From contig JAYTHP010000114.1 in assembly GCA_043732485.1 (NCBI GenBank), positions 10,006-74,005 on the forward strand: a DNA stretch of 64,000 nucleotides, written 5' to 3'. How positions within the stretch are numbered: position 1 is the stretch's first letter; each line of letters opens with the position of its first letter. Position numbers and translations under genes: made by a program. The stretch comes from Oligoflexia bacterium. Lineage in GTDB: Bacteria > Bdellovibrionota > UBA1018. The notes under the pieces were generated by a model, which saw nothing but the letters and a program-made list of their open reading frames with translations, was not told the DNA's origin and did no database searches. Shown here piece by piece: positions 20,268-32,129 of this stretch.

Positions 20268-21515
20268 CTACCCTGCAACCTGTATCACAGAACCCAACTT
20301 CTCCGGATGCTCTAACCAATCCTTCAGCGTCACCAGAAAAGTCACAGCCCCTTTCCCATCAATCAAGCGGTGATCATAAGACAGCGCCAGATACATCATC
20401 GGACGAATCTCAATCTGGCCTTCTACCACCACCGGACGCTCTTGAATCTTATGCATCCCTAAAATGCCACTTTGCGGCGGGGTGAGAATCGGCGTGGACA
20501 TTAAGGAGCCGTACGTCCCGCCGTTTGAAATGGTAAAGGTCCCGGCCGAAAGGTCTTGAATCGATAACTTACCCTCTCGCGCCTTCACCGCAAGCCCCGC
20601 AATTTTTTGCTCAATCTGCCCAAACGTCATCAACTGCGCACCTGCAATCACCGGAACCACTAAGCCGCGATCCGTGCCCACCGCAATCCCCAAGTTCTGG
20701 TAATCGTGATAAACAATGTCACGCCCGTCAATGGAGGCGTTGATCTCAGGAATCAGCTTTAACGACTCAATCACGGCGCGACAGAAAAACGACATGAAAC
20801 TAAGATTCACCCCAAATTGCGCCTTAAACGCCTCCTTGGACTTCGCACGCACCGTCATCACCGCCGTCATGTCCACTTCATTGAAAGTGGTGAGAATCGC
20901 AGCCGTGCGCTGCGCCTCAACCAAGCGTTCGGCAATCCGCAGCCTTAAGTTCGAAAGCGGCACCCGTCGCTGACCCTCTTGCGCTACTATCGGCTTTTTC
21001 TCAGCTAAGACCGCCGACGAACCAGGAGCTGAAGAAGTAGCCGGTGTCGAGGCCGGAGGCGAAACCGCAAGCGACGCCTTCGCCTGTGCCAGATCCCCAG
21101 GCGTCAATCGACCGTCTTTGCCAGATCCAACCCCCCGTTGGCTCAAGGCCTGATCAGGCGTTAAGCCCATTTCTTGGATGATCTTCCTGGTGCCCGGCCC
21201 AGGCTGCTGGCCGCCACTCACTGGTGCTGCTACCGCGAGCGCAGGGGTGGCCAGTTTTGAAGTCGTAGTCTGCGCCTGCGCATCATCGTCAATCCAGCCC
21301 ATTTCCGTGCCAATAGTGATGCGCTCGCCTGCTAAAAGCCCAATATGCAGCAAGCCCGCATGTTCTGCCACAATCTCTACGGTCGCCTTATCCGATTCCA
21401 ATTCCACCAGTAAATCGCCTGAGGCGACCTGGGCTCCCTCGCTTTTTGCCCATTTCAAAATACCGACTTCCGTGACCGACTCACCGACGCTTGGAGCTGT
21501 AATCTTATGTTTCAT
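20268..21515 (-). CDS. sucB: 2-oxoglutarate dehydrogenase E2
   Basis: Lipoyl [24 protein letters not shown]. Confidence 0.96.
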   Translation of the reverse strand: MKHKITAPSVGESVTEVGILKWAKSEGAQVASGDLLVELESDKATVEIVAEHAGLLHIGLLAGERITIGTEMGWIDDDAQAQTTTSKLATPALAVAAPVSGGQQPGPGTRKIIQEMGLTPDQALSQRGVGSGKDGRLTPGDLAQAKASLAVSPPASTPATSSAPGSSAVLAEKKPIVAQEGQRRVPLSNLRLRIAERLVEAQRTAAILTTFNEVDMTAVMTVRAKSKEAFKAQFGVNLSFMSFFCRAVIESLKLIPEINASIDGRDIVYHDYQNLGIAVGTDRGLVVPVIAGAQLMTFGQIEQKIAGLAVKAREGKLSIQDLSAGTFTISNGGTYGSLMSTPILTPPQSGILGMHKIQERPVVVEGQIEIRPMMYLALSYDHRLIDGKGAVTFLVTLKDWLEHPEKLGSVIQVAG

Positions 21516-24500
21516 AAAAAAGCTTTCTCTAGAATCATTTCTTGTTCATGCTCATGCAACCGATGCGAAGCCACCGCCGGAGCAGCCGCAACGCCTCGAC
21601 CCACATACTCTAACCCACGACCCCCCACCTGCGCCTGAAAGCAAGCTTCCTCCTCACCCCCACTGCCACACCACTGCTGATGCACGTAACTCCAAGCCCC
21701 CATGTTGCGCGGCTCCTCTTGCACCCAAACCAACTTGGCACTCTCGGGATAACCGGCTAAGACTCGCTGCAACGCACTTTCCGGCCAAGGGTAAAGCTGC
21801 TCAATTCGCACGACTGCGACCCCACCACCACCACTGCTTGGAGCAGACTTTTGCTGCTCCTGCTGAGCCTTCTTCAGATCATAATAAATCTTTCCACTGC
21901 ACAACAGCACCTTTTTCACGCTCGCTGCGTTTTTTTCATCACCCGTGGTGCTTGCAGCCTGGACACTCGCGTGACCCGACGCCAACGCCGCTACCGCCGT
22001 CTTTGAGTGCGCCGGATCATCCAAGACCAGTTGAAAGCCCTGCTCACAAAACTCCTCCCGCTTTGACACAGCAGCCGGGTTGCGTAAAAGACTCTTGGGC
22101 GTCATGATCACCAGCGGTTTCCGAAACGAGGCGTGCAACTGCCGGCGCAGAGCATGAAAGAACTGCGCAGGGGTGGATAAGTTACAAACCTGCCAATTCT
22201 CCTTGCCCGCTAACTGCAAAAAGCGCTCCAAGCGCGCACTCGAATGCTCAGCCCCTTGCCCCTCATACCCATGCGGCAAGAGCAACGTCAAACCACTCAT
22301 GCGCGACCACTTCGATTCGCCAGCCGCGAGGAATTGATCCAAAATCACCTGCGCACCGTTGGCGAAATCGCCAAACTGCGCTTCCCATAAAACCAACACC
22401 TGCGGATCCACCAGCGAGTACCCATACTCAAACGCCAGCACCCCGGTTTCTGACAAATGACTGTTGTAGACCTGGAACGAACCAGGAGCGAAGTGGGCCA
22501 GCGGAATCCGACTCGGTCCGCCTGCAATATCAGCCCAGATGGCATGACGATGACTAAAGGTCCCGCGCCCGGAATCCTGCCCCGACAAGCGCACGTGGTA
22601 GCCTTCCGCCAGCAAGGAGGCAAACGCCAACGCCTCAGCATTGCCCCAATCCATGCCCACACCCTCTTGCACCGCTTTTTCTCGCGATTCCAACAACCGC
22701 TTCAGCTTCGGATGCACGTTAAACTCGGCAGGCACTTGGTTGAGCTGCGCCGACCAAGCTGCCAACTGCTCCCCGCGCACAGCGGTTGCCACCGGCGCTA
22801 AAAGATCAGCCAGCGAAGGCCTACGAATCTTCGCCCACAAGCCTTGGAGGTGCGATAACACCGGCGAGGGCTTTTGGGTTTTAACCGTCACTTGATCCGC
22901 CAGCAACTTCTCTTGCGTTTGCGCGATCCAAGCCGCGGCTTCCTCCTGCGTGACTCGCTGTTGCGTTTGCACCAGCCAGGCACTATACTGCTCGCGCACC
23001 GAGGGATGGGTCTTAATTTTTTGATAAATCGCAGGCTGGGTAAACGCCGGCTCATCGCCTTCGTTATGCCCATACTTGCGGTATCCCACTAAATCAATGA
23101 AAACGTCTTTTTTAAATTTCTGGCGATACTCGATGGCAAGTTGCGCCACCCGCCACAATTCCTCAGGCGCATCGGCGTTGACATGAAAAACGGGGGCCCC
23201 GATGGTCTTCGCTAAATCCGTACAATAGCGAGTCGAGCGCGTCTCAGCCGGCGAAGCGGTAAAGCCCACTTGATTGTTAATCACGATATGGATCGTCCCG
23301 CCCGTTTGATAGCCTGCCAGTTGGGCCAGGTTCAAGGTCTCATAACAGACCCCCTGCCCGGCAAAGGAAGCATCCCCGTGAATCGCCACCGGCACCACTG
23401 CCGCAAAAGCCACCGCTAACTCTGACCCGGCGGCTGCTGCCGCAAGCAGCCTTGCTTGCTTGGCCCGCGTGATCCCCTCAATCACCGGGTAAACGAATTC
23501 TAAGTGACTGGGGTTGGACGCCATCGTCAAATGCAGTGGGTGACCTTGCCGGGTTTTAAGATCGGTGGAACACCCTAAATGATACTTCACGTCGCCTTCC
23601 CCCGGAACTGAGTCCAAGGGATATTGATCTTCAAATTGCGTTAAAATCAGCTCAACTTTTTTCCCCAACGTTTGCGCTAGCACATTGAGACGACCGCGAT
23701 GCGCCATCCCCAACACGAACTCCTGCGCACCCAGCTCAGCCCCTTTTTCAAACAAGGCGTCTAAGGCAGGAATGAGCGCTTCTGTCCCTTCTAAGGAAAA
23801 GCGCTTTTGAGCGACATAGCGCGTGTGCAAGAACCGCTCAAAGCCCTCACTTTGTGTCAAACGCTTAAGGATAAACCGCTGGGTTTCCTGATCTAAGGGC
23901 CCTGCCGCCAGGGAACCTGCCTCTAACTTTTGTAACCACCACTGCCTGGCCTCCTCATCCACCAGGTGCATCACCTCGCAGCCCACCTTGCCACAGTAGA
24001 CTTGCTTGAAATGCTCAATGATTTGACTCAGCAAGTGTCCCTCAGGGAAGCGCAACTGCTCGTCGGCGAGCTTCAACTCAGCCTCTCCCAAGCGGTAACG
24101 CCCCGGCTCTAAAACGGGCGGCAGCGCGGGCTTTGCCTCCAAGGGGTTCAGCTCGGCGGCTAAATGCCCCTCTTGTCTGAAGCTTGCAATCCACTGCCCG
24201 GCACGAAACATCACGTCTGCTGTCGCCTGGGTTGCGCCACCTTGCGAAGAAGGAGATGCAGACGGCTTCACGCCGGGTTTCGCTTGCGGCGCTGCAGCCA
24301 TCGTGCCTTCGCTGCGCGCCAAATAAGTCAGCCCATCAAAAAAATGCTGCCAAGAGACATCCAGCTCCGCAGGCAGGCTTAAGCCCTGCTGCTGATCCAA
24401 ATACTGTTGATACAAACCTTCCAAATACTGGGCGTTAACGCCTTGCAAATAGCTAAATTGTGACACCACTCGAAATTCCTTATGGCTTAGGTTGTGCGCA

Positions 24501-24526
24501 CTCACTTCTTTCGTTTTGGCGCGCAT
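21512..24526 (-). CDS. sucA: 2-oxoglutarate dehydrogenase E1
   Basis: [47 protein letters not shown]. The true start may be GTG 24469. Confidence 0.97.
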   Translation of the reverse strand: MRAKTKEVSAHNLSHKEFRVVSQFSYLQGVNAQYLEGLYQQYLDQQQGLSLPAELDVSWQHFFDGLTYLARSEGTMAAAPQAKPGVKPSASPSSQGGATQATADVMFRAGQWIASFRQEGHLAAELNPLEAKPALPPVLEPGRYRLGEAELKLADEQLRFPEGHLLSQIIEHFKQVYCGKVGCEVMHLVDEEARQWWLQKLEAGSLAAGPLDQETQRFILKRLTQSEGFERFLHTRYVAQKRFSLEGTEALIPALDALFEKGAELGAQEFVLGMAHRGRLNVLAQTLGKKVELILTQFEDQYPLDSVPGEGDVKYHLGCSTDLKTRQGHPLHLTMASNPSHLEFVYPVIEGITRAKQARLLAAAAAGSELAVAFAAVVPVAIHGDASFAGQGVCYETLNLAQLAGYQTGGTIHIVINNQVGFTASPAETRSTRYCTDLAKTIGAPVFHVNADAPEELWRVAQLAIEYRQKFKKDVFIDLVGYRKYGHNEGDEPAFTQPAIYQKIKTHPSVREQYSAWLVQTQQRVTQEEAAAWIAQTQEKLLADQVTVKTQKPSPVLSHLQGLWAKIRRPSLADLLAPVATAVRGEQLAAWSAQLNQVPAEFNVHPKLKRLLESREKAVQEGVGMDWGNAEALAFASLLAEGYHVRLSGQDSGRGTFSHRHAIWADIAGGPSRIPLAHFAPGSFQVYNSHLSETGVLAFEYGYSLVDPQVLVLWEAQFGDFANGAQVILDQFLAAGESKWSRMSGLTLLLPHGYEGQGAEHSSARLERFLQLAGKENWQVCNLSTPAQFFHALRRQLHASFRKPLVIMTPKSLLRNPAAVSKREEFCEQGFQLVLDDPAHSKTAVAALASGHASVQAASTTGDEKNAASVKKVLLCSGKIYYDLKKAQQEQQKSAPSSGGGGVAVVRIEQLYPWPESALQRVLAGYPESAKLVWVQEEPRNMGAWSYVHQQWCGSGGEEEACFQAQVGGRGLEYVGRGVAAAPAVASHRLHEHEQEMILEKAFL

Positions 24527-24737
24527 CTCGTCAATTGCCTATTGAACCGCTTGTTCAAGCGCTTATTTGCTCGGGGCCATGACTCTTGCACTCCCCCTTT
24601 GTGAGGCTTGCACGAAAGCGGCAGTAAGAGCCCAGCCAAAAGCTCTTACGCGCGCGCAGGTCAATCAGCGCCAAACTTAAAAAAGTGGATATGGGTTACT
24701 CTACTTCCACTCTAGCATTTCTGCCTTGAGATTCAAA

Positions 24738-27700
24738 TTACAAACTCAAAGCAGCCACTTGGATCTGAAAAAAGAAATCCGACACCCCTCCTAGGGCTCG
24801 ATTGAAGCCCTTATGGTAATCTAGCCCAAAAAGCACTGGAAAGTAAAAGAGCTCAGTGGAAAGCCTTAAGCCTGCCCCCACCGCAGGCAGCCCTTGCTGC
24901 CCTCCCCGCTCACCTGCAATCAGCGTGTGCTCTAAAAACACGTTCAGATAAAAGTTATCAGCAAAAAGTGGGGTGGTCCCAAGCCCTTGAAAGATCCGCA
25001 GCAAGGGGATCTCGCAATCCACCGCAAGCGTTGCAGCCGCCCGTCCCCAAAACAGCTGGCCTGGATAGCCTCGCACCGACAGTTGATTGACGTTATTGCC
25101 TAAAAAAGGACTGAGCAAATTCAGGGTGCGCCCCTGAACCACCGCACTATTGAAGGAAAAACTCTCACCGGCAAATGAACTCCAAGCCAACCGCGCCGCG
25201 GGCGACAGTACCAGATGCTTGGCCAGCCGAAAGTTCTCCGTATTTTGCGCCACCAGCTTCCAACTCGCGTCCCGCTCCAAGCCATAATGCGCGAGCACCA
25301 GTGAGCCTGCCCGGTCAGCCTCGGGCGCTAAGGCAAGCGGCGACAGCTCTTGGTTGGAGTAGGAAACCCCCCCGACCACCACCGGCATCCATGGGCTCAT
25401 CCCGAGCAACTGGCTGCCGCCCGCTCCGCTAAGGAGCTGATAAGAGCCATAGCGATGCACGCTGACACTGAGCAAAGGCGTCCAGTGGGAGTAGGTTGCC
25501 ACTTGTGGAAAAGACGCCGAGCCTGAAACAAAGAATTGACGATAATACAGAGCCTGCGTGCCGCCGCCGCCATCTCCGCCGCCCACCGGCACCCCATCAG
25601 ACGGCTGCCGCCCTTGAAAAGTCGTCAGCACCCCCCCTTGCAGCGTCAAATTGGCGGCAAGGCTGCGGTTGGAGTAAACCCACACCGCATCGGGCCTTTG
25701 GATCCCAAACTCATAACTGGCAGCCAGTAAATAGCGATGCACATCTAAGGCATCAAAACCTAGGACATAAGCCCCCACCGCACTCCCCAGCCCACCAAAA
25801 CTCATCACCGGCAGCCAGGCGCGCGGCCACAAGGTGGACCAAGGAGAGTAGGAGGTGGCGGTAGAGGAAGCGGTGTCGCAGGAAGACAAGGAGGCCGCAA
25901 TCCCAGGGTCAGGCGCAGGAGCAGAGTCATGACCTCCTGCGGCTGTTGCCACCTCTACTACCGGTGCCGCGGGCTGGAGAGCTGCTACCGCACGGACCTG
26001 CTTCGCCTGCCGCTGCCAGGACACCTTGGAAAGGGCTGCGCCTGAGGAGGTAACGACGCTGGCTAACAGCTCACCTGCGCGGTTAAAGCTAGGAAAGCGC
26101 AGACCGGTGATTAAATGCGTGACCCGCTCATGGGTTGCAAGACGGTAGCGAAACAAGTTATCCACGCCGGTTTGATTGGAGACGAAATACAGTTCACCTC
26201 CTGGCCCGAGGGCCGGGTAACGATTGTAAAAGCCATCGGCCACCAGCACCCGCACTTGCTTGCGGCTGCGATCCAAAGCCATAAGCTGCTCGGCTGCAAC
26301 CCCAGTGGGATGATAGGAGAAATAGATCGTCTCGCCGTCTGGACTAAAAATCGGGTTAGCCGAGTGATCATAGAGTTTTTCAAGCGGAGCCAAGTGCAGC
26401 TCCCCCAAGGCGACGCGCTGCTGGTTTTGCGGGTCAGGGAGCAACTCAGCCCAGGCAATGCGAGTGATGCCAGCCTCAGTCAGGGTAAAAGTGATCAGCT
26501 TGCCATCAGGCGAGAGTGAGGGGTCACGCGCACGCAGTCCCTCACTCAAGGCATAACTGGTGCCTTCGCGCAGCGAGTACACTCTGAGATCAGAAAAATT
26601 GCGAAACTGGTCTAAAACGCGAATTTCGCTGTAAACGAACGCCTGGGAATCGGGAAAAAAGGAAATCCCCACGCCCTGGCGCTTAGCATCCAGCCTTTGT
26701 GTTACCCCCGTGGGCAAGTGTTTTAAGTAAAGCCCCGGCCGTAAGTCCGCGGAACTCAGGGTGTAGGCCCACCACTGCCCATCCGGCGACTCCACGAGCG
26801 ACAGACCATCATAGCTCACCTCGTGCTCAGGCGACAGGATCGGACTGACTTGCGAAACCGGCCCTTCTTGCTCAAGCTGCGCAATCTGTGCGCTCATTTG
26901 GCTGCGGGTATGGGTTAGAAACAGCTCCCACAATTCATACCAATTTTTCCCCACCAACTCAGCCAAGAGCGTATTGATAAAAAAAGGCATTCGGCCGCTG
27001 GATTGCTCAGAGAGCACCCCAAAAAAGGCCTCAGCGGAACGGTACTGAGCCCGAAGCGTGGGTGATTCTTGCAGAAAGCGCGCCAGTTCGCTCACCAAGT
27101 GATAGCCAAACTGATAGCGGGTATCCCCGCCTGGAAAGTAAGGATTGCTCCCCGTGATGCGGTTGAGCGTCATAAACCCCTCCCCGCCAAAGCTGCCATC
27201 ATAGACCGCAGCCCGCAAAACCGCCTGATAATAGGGATTTCTTCCCCGCCCACCCTGAGTGAAGCGCGTTTCGTTGTAAACCGCCAGCCCCTCCAGCAAC
27301 CAAGGCGGCCACGCGGAATTGGGCAACAACACGTCACCCAGCAGGGGACGCAACCACAACCAAGGCCCGGCCCTGGCATCGAGGTTGTAAAAATGGGTGG
27401 CTTCATGGAAAATAAGCAAGCGCAACCAGTCGTCGTAAAACCCCAGCTGATCCCAGTTCTCAGGCGGCGTGACCCACAAGGTCATGCCGATGCGTAACGC
27501 CGCAGCAGTCACGCCGTTGGGAAAATCGGAGTTGTCGACTAAGACCACGGTGATCGGTGAGAGCGGCTGCCAACGCATCAGCGGCGATAATACTTGGTGG
27601 GCCTCTTCTAAATACTGGTGGGCGCGCGGCGCAATGGCGGCAAGCGCCCGAGGAAAAATCACCCTAAAGTGCTCACTCTCCCGCTGTTGCCACTCCAAAA

Positions 27701-27977
27701 AAGGCGAAAAACCAAAATAACTGGTGTCTGCAAACGGCGATCCGCTGTAAAACAAGGCGCTCGCTGCGGCTTCACGCACTCCAGCCACCCTAACCCCACC
27801 CTCTCCCGCCAAAAGACCGAGGATCACGCTTGCGGTTACCCAGCCGCAAACCCACCCCCATAACCGCCGAGGAGCCGCTAAAGCACTTCCCCGCTCCAGC
27901 CCGCTGCTGCGCCCCGCACGGCAAGCCTTACGCCTTTTTTGGCCTGATTCTTTCTCACACACGCTAGTCCCTCCCAC
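24738..27977 (-). CDS. outer-membrane protein: gluzincin-like domain + PD40 beta-propeller + Omp85/BamA-like barrel
   Basis: FHEATH...WLLEGLAVYNE, DPSLSPDGK and PIFSPDGE repeats, LSVRGY and terminal beta-strands. Start uncertain. Confidence 0.75.
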   Translation of the reverse strand: MGGTSVCEKESGQKRRKACRAGRSSGLERGSALAAPRRLWGWVCGWVTASVILGLLAGEGGVRVAGVREAAASALFYSGSPFADTSYFGFSPFLEWQQRESEHFRVIFPRALAAIAPRAHQYLEEAHQVLSPLMRWQPLSPITVVLVDNSDFPNGVTAAALRIGMTLWVTPPENWDQLGFYDDWLRLLIFHEATHFYNLDARAGPWLWLRPLLGDVLLPNSAWPPWLLEGLAVYNETRFTQGGRGRNPYYQAVLRAAVYDGSFGGEGFMTLNRITGSNPYFPGGDTRYQFGYHLVSELARFLQESPTLRAQYRSAEAFFGVLSEQSSGRMPFFINTLLAELVGKNWYELWELFLTHTRSQMSAQIAQLEQEGPVSQVSPILSPEHEVSYDGLSLVESPDGQWWAYTLSSADLRPGLYLKHLPTGVTQRLDAKRQGVGISFFPDSQAFVYSEIRVLDQFRNFSDLRVYSLREGTSYALSEGLRARDPSLSPDGKLITFTLTEAGITRIAWAELLPDPQNQQRVALGELHLAPLEKLYDHSANPIFSPDGETIYFSYHPTGVAAEQLMALDRSRKQVRVLVADGFYNRYPALGPGGELYFVSNQTGVDNLFRYRLATHERVTHLITGLRFPSFNRAGELLASVVTSSGAALSKVSWQRQAKQVRAVAALQPAAPVVEVATAAGGHDSAPAPDPGIAASLSSCDTASSTATSYSPWSTLWPRAWLPVMSFGGLGSAVGAYVLGFDALDVHRYLLAASYEFGIQRPDAVWVYSNRSLAANLTLQGGVLTTFQGRQPSDGVPVGGGDGGGGTQALYYRQFFVSGSASFPQVATYSHWTPLLSVSVHRYGSYQLLSGAGGSQLLGMSPWMPVVVGGVSYSNQELSPLALAPEADRAGSLVLAHYGLERDASWKLVAQNTENFRLAKHLVLSPAARLAWSSFAGESFSFNSAVVQGRTLNLLSPFLGNNVNQLSVRGYPGQLFWGRAAATLAVDCEIPLLRIFQGLGTTPLFADNFYLNVFLEHTLIAGERGGQQGLPAVGAGLRLSTELFYFPVLFGLDYHKGFNRALGGVSDFFFQIQVAALSL

Positions 27978-28999
27978 CCCATGACCCCCTGCTCCCCCGC
28001 GCGATGCAACCCATCAACACCAGCACTAACGACGACGACAACCGTGGTCAGCTCACCCACGGAGCTACTCTCCCCTGCGCCGACTTCCACCAATTCACTG
28101 CCTGCCTGAGGTGGACTCGCGCCAGCGGAGGATAGCGACCCGGCAAGACGCACCAGTCGGCGCGCCGGAGCTCCTAAGGTGAGCGTTTTTTCAATCACTT
28201 CTTGCCCTGGATAACACCCCTTGGCGCTGCTAAATAATCCCGAAAGCCCCACTTCCAGAGGATTGCGATTTTGCGTGATCTCCTGACCCAGCCAAGGCTG
28301 AGTGGCTGCCACCCGTGCACTAGCCAGTGCGTCAGGCGTCAGCTGTTCTAGCGATAAACGGGCGATCTCACCCTCGCTTAAAAACTGCAAGACTTGCTGC
28401 AAATCAGCAGCACTCCCCCAAAGGCAGCACCCCAGGCGCGGGGCAGTGTGGCCGGGATCTCGCAAAAACTGCAACTCAGGCGACACGCGCACCTCAAGCT
28501 CAGACCAGCTAAGCCAGCCTCGCTGGAAATCCCCCACTTGCCAGGCGCTTGCCCCCCCAGGCCATTGCGCAAGCGTCGGCTGATCGAAAAACACCCACAG
28601 CGCTTTGGGGCTGTTTTTTGGGGCTTCGGGCGGCTCTCCCCACTCTAATTGCTCGCGAAAAGTCCAATCTTCAAACACGGCTCTGAGGGAACCTTCGGAA
28701 AACTCCGGGCGGGCGGCGTCCCACTCTAGCACAAACTGCTGGACTGCTTTGCGCCACAAGGTGAAGTAAGCGCGAATCTTGCCTTGCGGGGTCAGGCAAC
28801 AGCACGTGGTGCCACGCCCCACCGCCAGGGCCGTGACGTTTGCGGTGGTCACGCGGTGCAAAAAATCAGCGGCGTCCTCGCCAGCGAGCGTCACTTGCGT
28901 CCACAGCACGGAGCCTGCGTCTCGGGTGAGACCGGTGGTGGGGTCAGCTGGGCTTGGATGCGCGGGATAAAAATAAGGGAGTAAAAGATTAGTCGGCAT
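27878..28999 (-). CDS. ygfZ: YgfZ/GcvT-like folate-binding protein
   Basis: GEDAADFLHRVTT, LTPQGKI, KGCYPGQEVI. Confidence 0.85.
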   Translation of the reverse strand: MPTNLLLPYFYPAHPSPADPTTGLTRDAGSVLWTQVTLAGEDAADFLHRVTTANVTALAVGRGTTCCCLTPQGKIRAYFTLWRKAVQQFVLEWDAARPEFSEGSLRAVFEDWTFREQLEWGEPPEAPKNSPKALWVFFDQPTLAQWPGGASAWQVGDFQRGWLSWSELEVRVSPELQFLRDPGHTAPRLGCCLWGSAADLQQVLQFLSEGEIARLSLEQLTPDALASARVAATQPWLGQEITQNRNPLEVGLSGLFSSAKGCYPGQEVIEKTLTLGAPARRLVRLAGSLSSAGASPPQAGSELVEVGAGESSSVGELTTVVVVVSAGVDGLHRAGEQGVMGWEGLACVRKNQAKKGVRLAVRGAAAGWSGEVL

Positions 29000-29139
29000 G
29001 GTTTTGATGAAACTCACTTTTGACGCTAACATAGCTCGTGGCAAATTGGCAAAAACTGATTCTCCCCAGTCGCGCCTTTCCCCGGGGCTCACTTTTAGCG
29101 TAACTATTGGTAGACGTTCTATGTTACTGAACGTTCTCC

Positions 29140-30141
29140 ATGATTCAAAAGAAAACTCAGTTTGTTCAAGACCTGCAAGAAAAAAATCTCGTAGCCTCTC
29201 CCTTTCTCGTCAAATTTTGCGCGGTGGTGACCGGAAAAAACGGTAAACCCTACGTAAACCTGATTTTGATGGATAAGACCGGCGAAGTGGAAGCCCGTAT
29301 CTGGGATCACGTGGCGGAGTATAGCGGTCATGCCACCAAAGGAAATCTTGTTTGGGCTGAGGGGCGTTGCCAAACCTACCAAGGCCGCAAGCAACTAGTC
29401 GTGCAAAGCCTTAAAACCCTCAGAGAAGATGAGGTGGAGATTAAGGATTACTTGCCAGACAATCACCTTGAGCCGCAAAAACTCTATGACCAACTGCTGG
29501 TGCTCGTCGATTCCATGCAAGATCCCTTTTACCGCGCTTTAGCCGAAGTCATTCTCAAGGAAGACTCGGAAATTGTGCAACTCCTGAAGGTGGCGCCGGC
29601 TGCCAAAACCATCCACCACGCCTACCCTTCAGGCTTACTCGAGCACATCCTTTCCGTCTCCACTTTGCTGAGTCGTTGCGCTGAGCATTATGGTGCGATC
29701 GTCAACCGCGACCTCTTGCTGATTGGTGGTTTCTTTCATGATATTGGCAAAATCTGGGAGCTAAGCTTTGACCGGGTGACCGATTATACCACCGAAGGCA
29801 AGCTGATCGGTCATCTCACGATGGGAGTCGAGCTGTTGGAGCGCAAAATCCAACTGCTCGACGCTCAGCCGGGACGGCTGCCGGGGGCTTTCCCGCTCGA
29901 ACAACGCCTGTTAGCCAAACACGTTATCCTGGCCCACCACGGCAAGCTAGAGTATGGCTCCCCCAAGGAGCCTGCCTGCTTGGAGGCACTGATCATTCAC
30001 ATGATCGACGATCTGGACTCCAAGGTGAACAACATTCATCGCTTTATCCTGGCCGATCAGACGCCCGGGCGCTGGACGGGACTGAACCGCAACTTTGAGC
30101 GCTTTTTCTTCAAGCCTGCAGCCCCCAAAGGATCGCTTTAA
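29140..30141 (+). CDS. yhaM: 3'-5' exoribonuclease YhaM family (OB + HD)
   Basis: DKTGEVEARIW, HHAYPSGLLEH, HDIGK, HHGKLEYGSP, IDDLDSK. Confidence 0.92.
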   Translation: MIQKKTQFVQDLQEKNLVASPFLVKFCAVVTGKNGKPYVNLILMDKTGEVEARIWDHVAEYSGHATKGNLVWAEGRCQTYQGRKQLVVQSLKTLREDEVEIKDYLPDNHLEPQKLYDQLLVLVDSMQDPFYRALAEVILKEDSEIVQLLKVAPAAKTIHHAYPSGLLEHILSVSTLLSRCAEHYGAIVNRDLLLIGGFFHDIGKIWELSFDRVTDYTTEGKLIGHLTMGVELLERKIQLLDAQPGRLPGAFPLEQRLLAKHVILAHHGKLEYGSPKEPACLEALIIHMIDDLDSKVNNIHRFILADQTPGRWTGLNRNFERFFFKPAAPKGSL

Positions 30142-30252
30142 TCCGCAAAAGCATGCCCTGTAAAAATAAGCACATCCCGACCGCGGCATTGACTATTTCT
30201 CACTTGCATCTCCCTTGCAATCGGAGAAAATAGAAAGCAGGGAAGAGAAGTA

Positions 30253-30270
30253 TGTGTGTGTGTGTGTGTG
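30253..30270. repeat. (TG)9 microsatellite
   Basis: Read directly; intergenic. Confidence 0.9.
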
Positions 30271-30528
30271 ATTACGTCTGCTGACGTAATCGGATGATCT
30301 GCTCAGATGAGATGACGCGATCATCCGCTCCCCAGCAGTGTGAAGGCCACTGCCTTTCCCCTGGCCTTGAAAATGACCCCGGACCCCCCCCGAGCGAGGT
30401 TTGTTGCTGTCTGCACCTAATCGCAGCGACACACAGAAGCCCTTGACCCTCACCCAGGCAAGATTTACCCCTCTCCTCGGTTTTTTTAAAAAAACTATGA
30501 GCCACCTTTGGACCGATAAAGGATCACC

Positions 30529-30963
30529 ATGCCACAAACCGCCCGCGCTTTAAGACTTAACCACCACCGACACTCCCAGGCTGCCGCTCTCCCCTCTCAA
30601 GCTGCAAGAGGGCGCTTGAGCGCGTTCGTTTTAGCCGTCGTCGGGTGTTTTGGGGTAGCCGGCTGCAGTTCGCATCCCTACCGCCCGTGCTCTGAGGGCT
30701 TGGCAACCGGAGACGACGCACCGGTTGCGGCTCCCAGTAGCCACCCCTTTCAGGGCACTAAGCATTGTTTTCAAAAACAAGATGAAGAGGGCAAATTACT
30801 CAACGAGGGACAATACCGCGAATTGTACCCGGAAGATACGCTTGCCGTGGAAGGGGAGTACCATTTAGGGAAAAAAACCGGACGTTGGATCACCTATGAT
30901 CCAGCCGGCAACAAGGTGAAGGATCAGTACTTTTTAGACGGTAAACCGATCCCCAGACCCTAA
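30529..30963 (+). CDS. lipoprotein with MORN-variant/YwqK-like repeats
   Basis: Lipobox VAGC. EGQYRELYPE..LAVEGEYHLGKKTGRWITYDPAG. Confidence 0.7.
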   Translation: MPQTARALRLNHHRHSQAAALPSQAARGRLSAFVLAVVGCFGVAGCSSHPYRPCSEGLATGDDAPVAAPSSHPFQGTKHCFQKQDEEGKLLNEGQYRELYPEDTLAVEGEYHLGKKTGRWITYDPAGNKVKDQYFLDGKPIPRP

Positions 30964-31145
30964 CACTCCTTGCTCCTCCCTTCAAGCCAGCTTCCGTCCC
31001 TTGCCTGAGCGACGCCGACGTCACGCGACCTAGGGGGGGACGACTCTCCAACCCTGCGCCTCGCTCTTGCGGCTGCGACCTCAAGCAACGAAAAGCAAGG
31101 GGAGGGAAGAGGTGCAAAAGAGTTCTTGGTGTTGGCCTCTCTGCT

Positions 31146-32129
31146 TTAAAACTCCAAACCAAAGGCGATGCCACCAAAGAGGCCACTCCAGTTTAAGACG
31201 CCCGGGGAGGTCAACACGCTGGCGTTGCCGGTTGAGCTGATGCCAGACGAAGAGAGTAGGCGATAGCCGCCTTCAAGGGCAATATTAAAGAACGAGGAAA
31301 AACGCAAGCTGACATCCACCACAGCTAAACCCCCATAAATATTACCCAGCAAAGAGCCCGAGGTGCCATCCGCAGTGTCCGTAACCGTCGCGTAAGAGTT
31401 CAGTGCCGCAGTTCCATAAACTGCTCCGTGAAAGGCAAAGCGCCCAACCGAGCGGCCGACTCGCACCCCGAGAGAAATAGGAGTGACCCCTAATTGCAGC
31501 GCATAGGTAGCAGAGGTCGTCAAATCCGTCAGGAGCAGGGGCTGCCTGATGGCCTCAACACGAAAAGCAGCCCCAAAGGTGGTCCCTGAAGCCATGCGGA
31601 CAAAATTATAACCTGCCGTGGCTGCAAAGTAAAAGGTGGCTTGGATGTTTAAAGTCGAAACCACCCCGGTCATGCCTATCAGTTGCGGTCCCGCCGAAAC
31701 TGACAACGCAAAGCGCTTGGCCTTGGGCACCGCTTTTGTGACTGGAAATCCTGGCTCAGGCACGACCGGTTTCACGGGTTTTACCTCCAGCTTCGGGGCG
31801 GGAGTGGGCGCGGCAGGAGCCACCGGCTTAGTCACCCGCCCTTGGACTGGTTTTTCACCTGGTAAGATAGACATCGGACCTAGCAGCAGCTTGCCTTGCT
31901 CTAAAAACCCAATCTTGCGCGTCAAGGTGCGAACCTTGTAAAAACCACTTTCTGATGCGTTACTGGCAGCAAAGTGATCCCCTTGATGCAAGACCTCAAG
32001 TACCGTGCTGGTGGAGTCGGCCTTTGCATATAAGTTAACATCCGGGGCATTAACCGTTCCCGAGCGAGCCGCCCAAAGAGGTTGACTCACCAGCACTCCT
32101 AAGACAAGAACCCAAATATTTCTTTTCAT
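31146..32129 (-). CDS. SH3b domain + outer-membrane beta-barrel protein, paralog 1
   Basis: Signal peptide, VNLYAKADSTSTVL...GFYKVR...IGF, Pro-rich linker, EGGYR, C-terminal GLEF. Confidence 0.75.
   Translation of the reverse strand: MKRNIWVLVLGVLVSQPLWAARSGTVNAPDVNLYAKADSTSTVLEVLHQGDHFAASNASESGFYKVRTLTRKIGFLEQGKLLLGPMSILPGEKPVQGRVTKPVAPAAPTPAPKLEVKPVKPVVPEPGFPVTKAVPKAKRFALSVSAGPQLIGMTGVVSTLNIQATFYFAATAGYNFVRMASGTTFGAAFRVEAIRQPLLLTDLTTSATYALQLGVTPISLGVRVGRSVGRFAFHGAVYGTAALNSYATVTDTADGTSGSLLGNIYGGLAVVDVSLRFSSFFNIALEGGYRLLSSSGISSTGNASVLTSPGVLNWSGLFGGIAFGLEF

Noticed and set aside
21178..22107. 309-aa plus-strand ORF and similar long shadow ORFs (e.g. 6735-7526)
   Set aside because: They are antisense to confidently assigned genes and have no motifs.
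24576..24590. CCATGACTCTTG shared with about 53998 as a common operator for sucA and the thiolase
   Set aside because: A single non-palindromic 12-mer match can occur by chance in 64 kb.
30529..30963. Toxin-antitoxin system from YwqK-like repeats
   Set aside because: No adjacent toxin gene. MORN-variant repeats with a lipobox are not specific to antitoxins.
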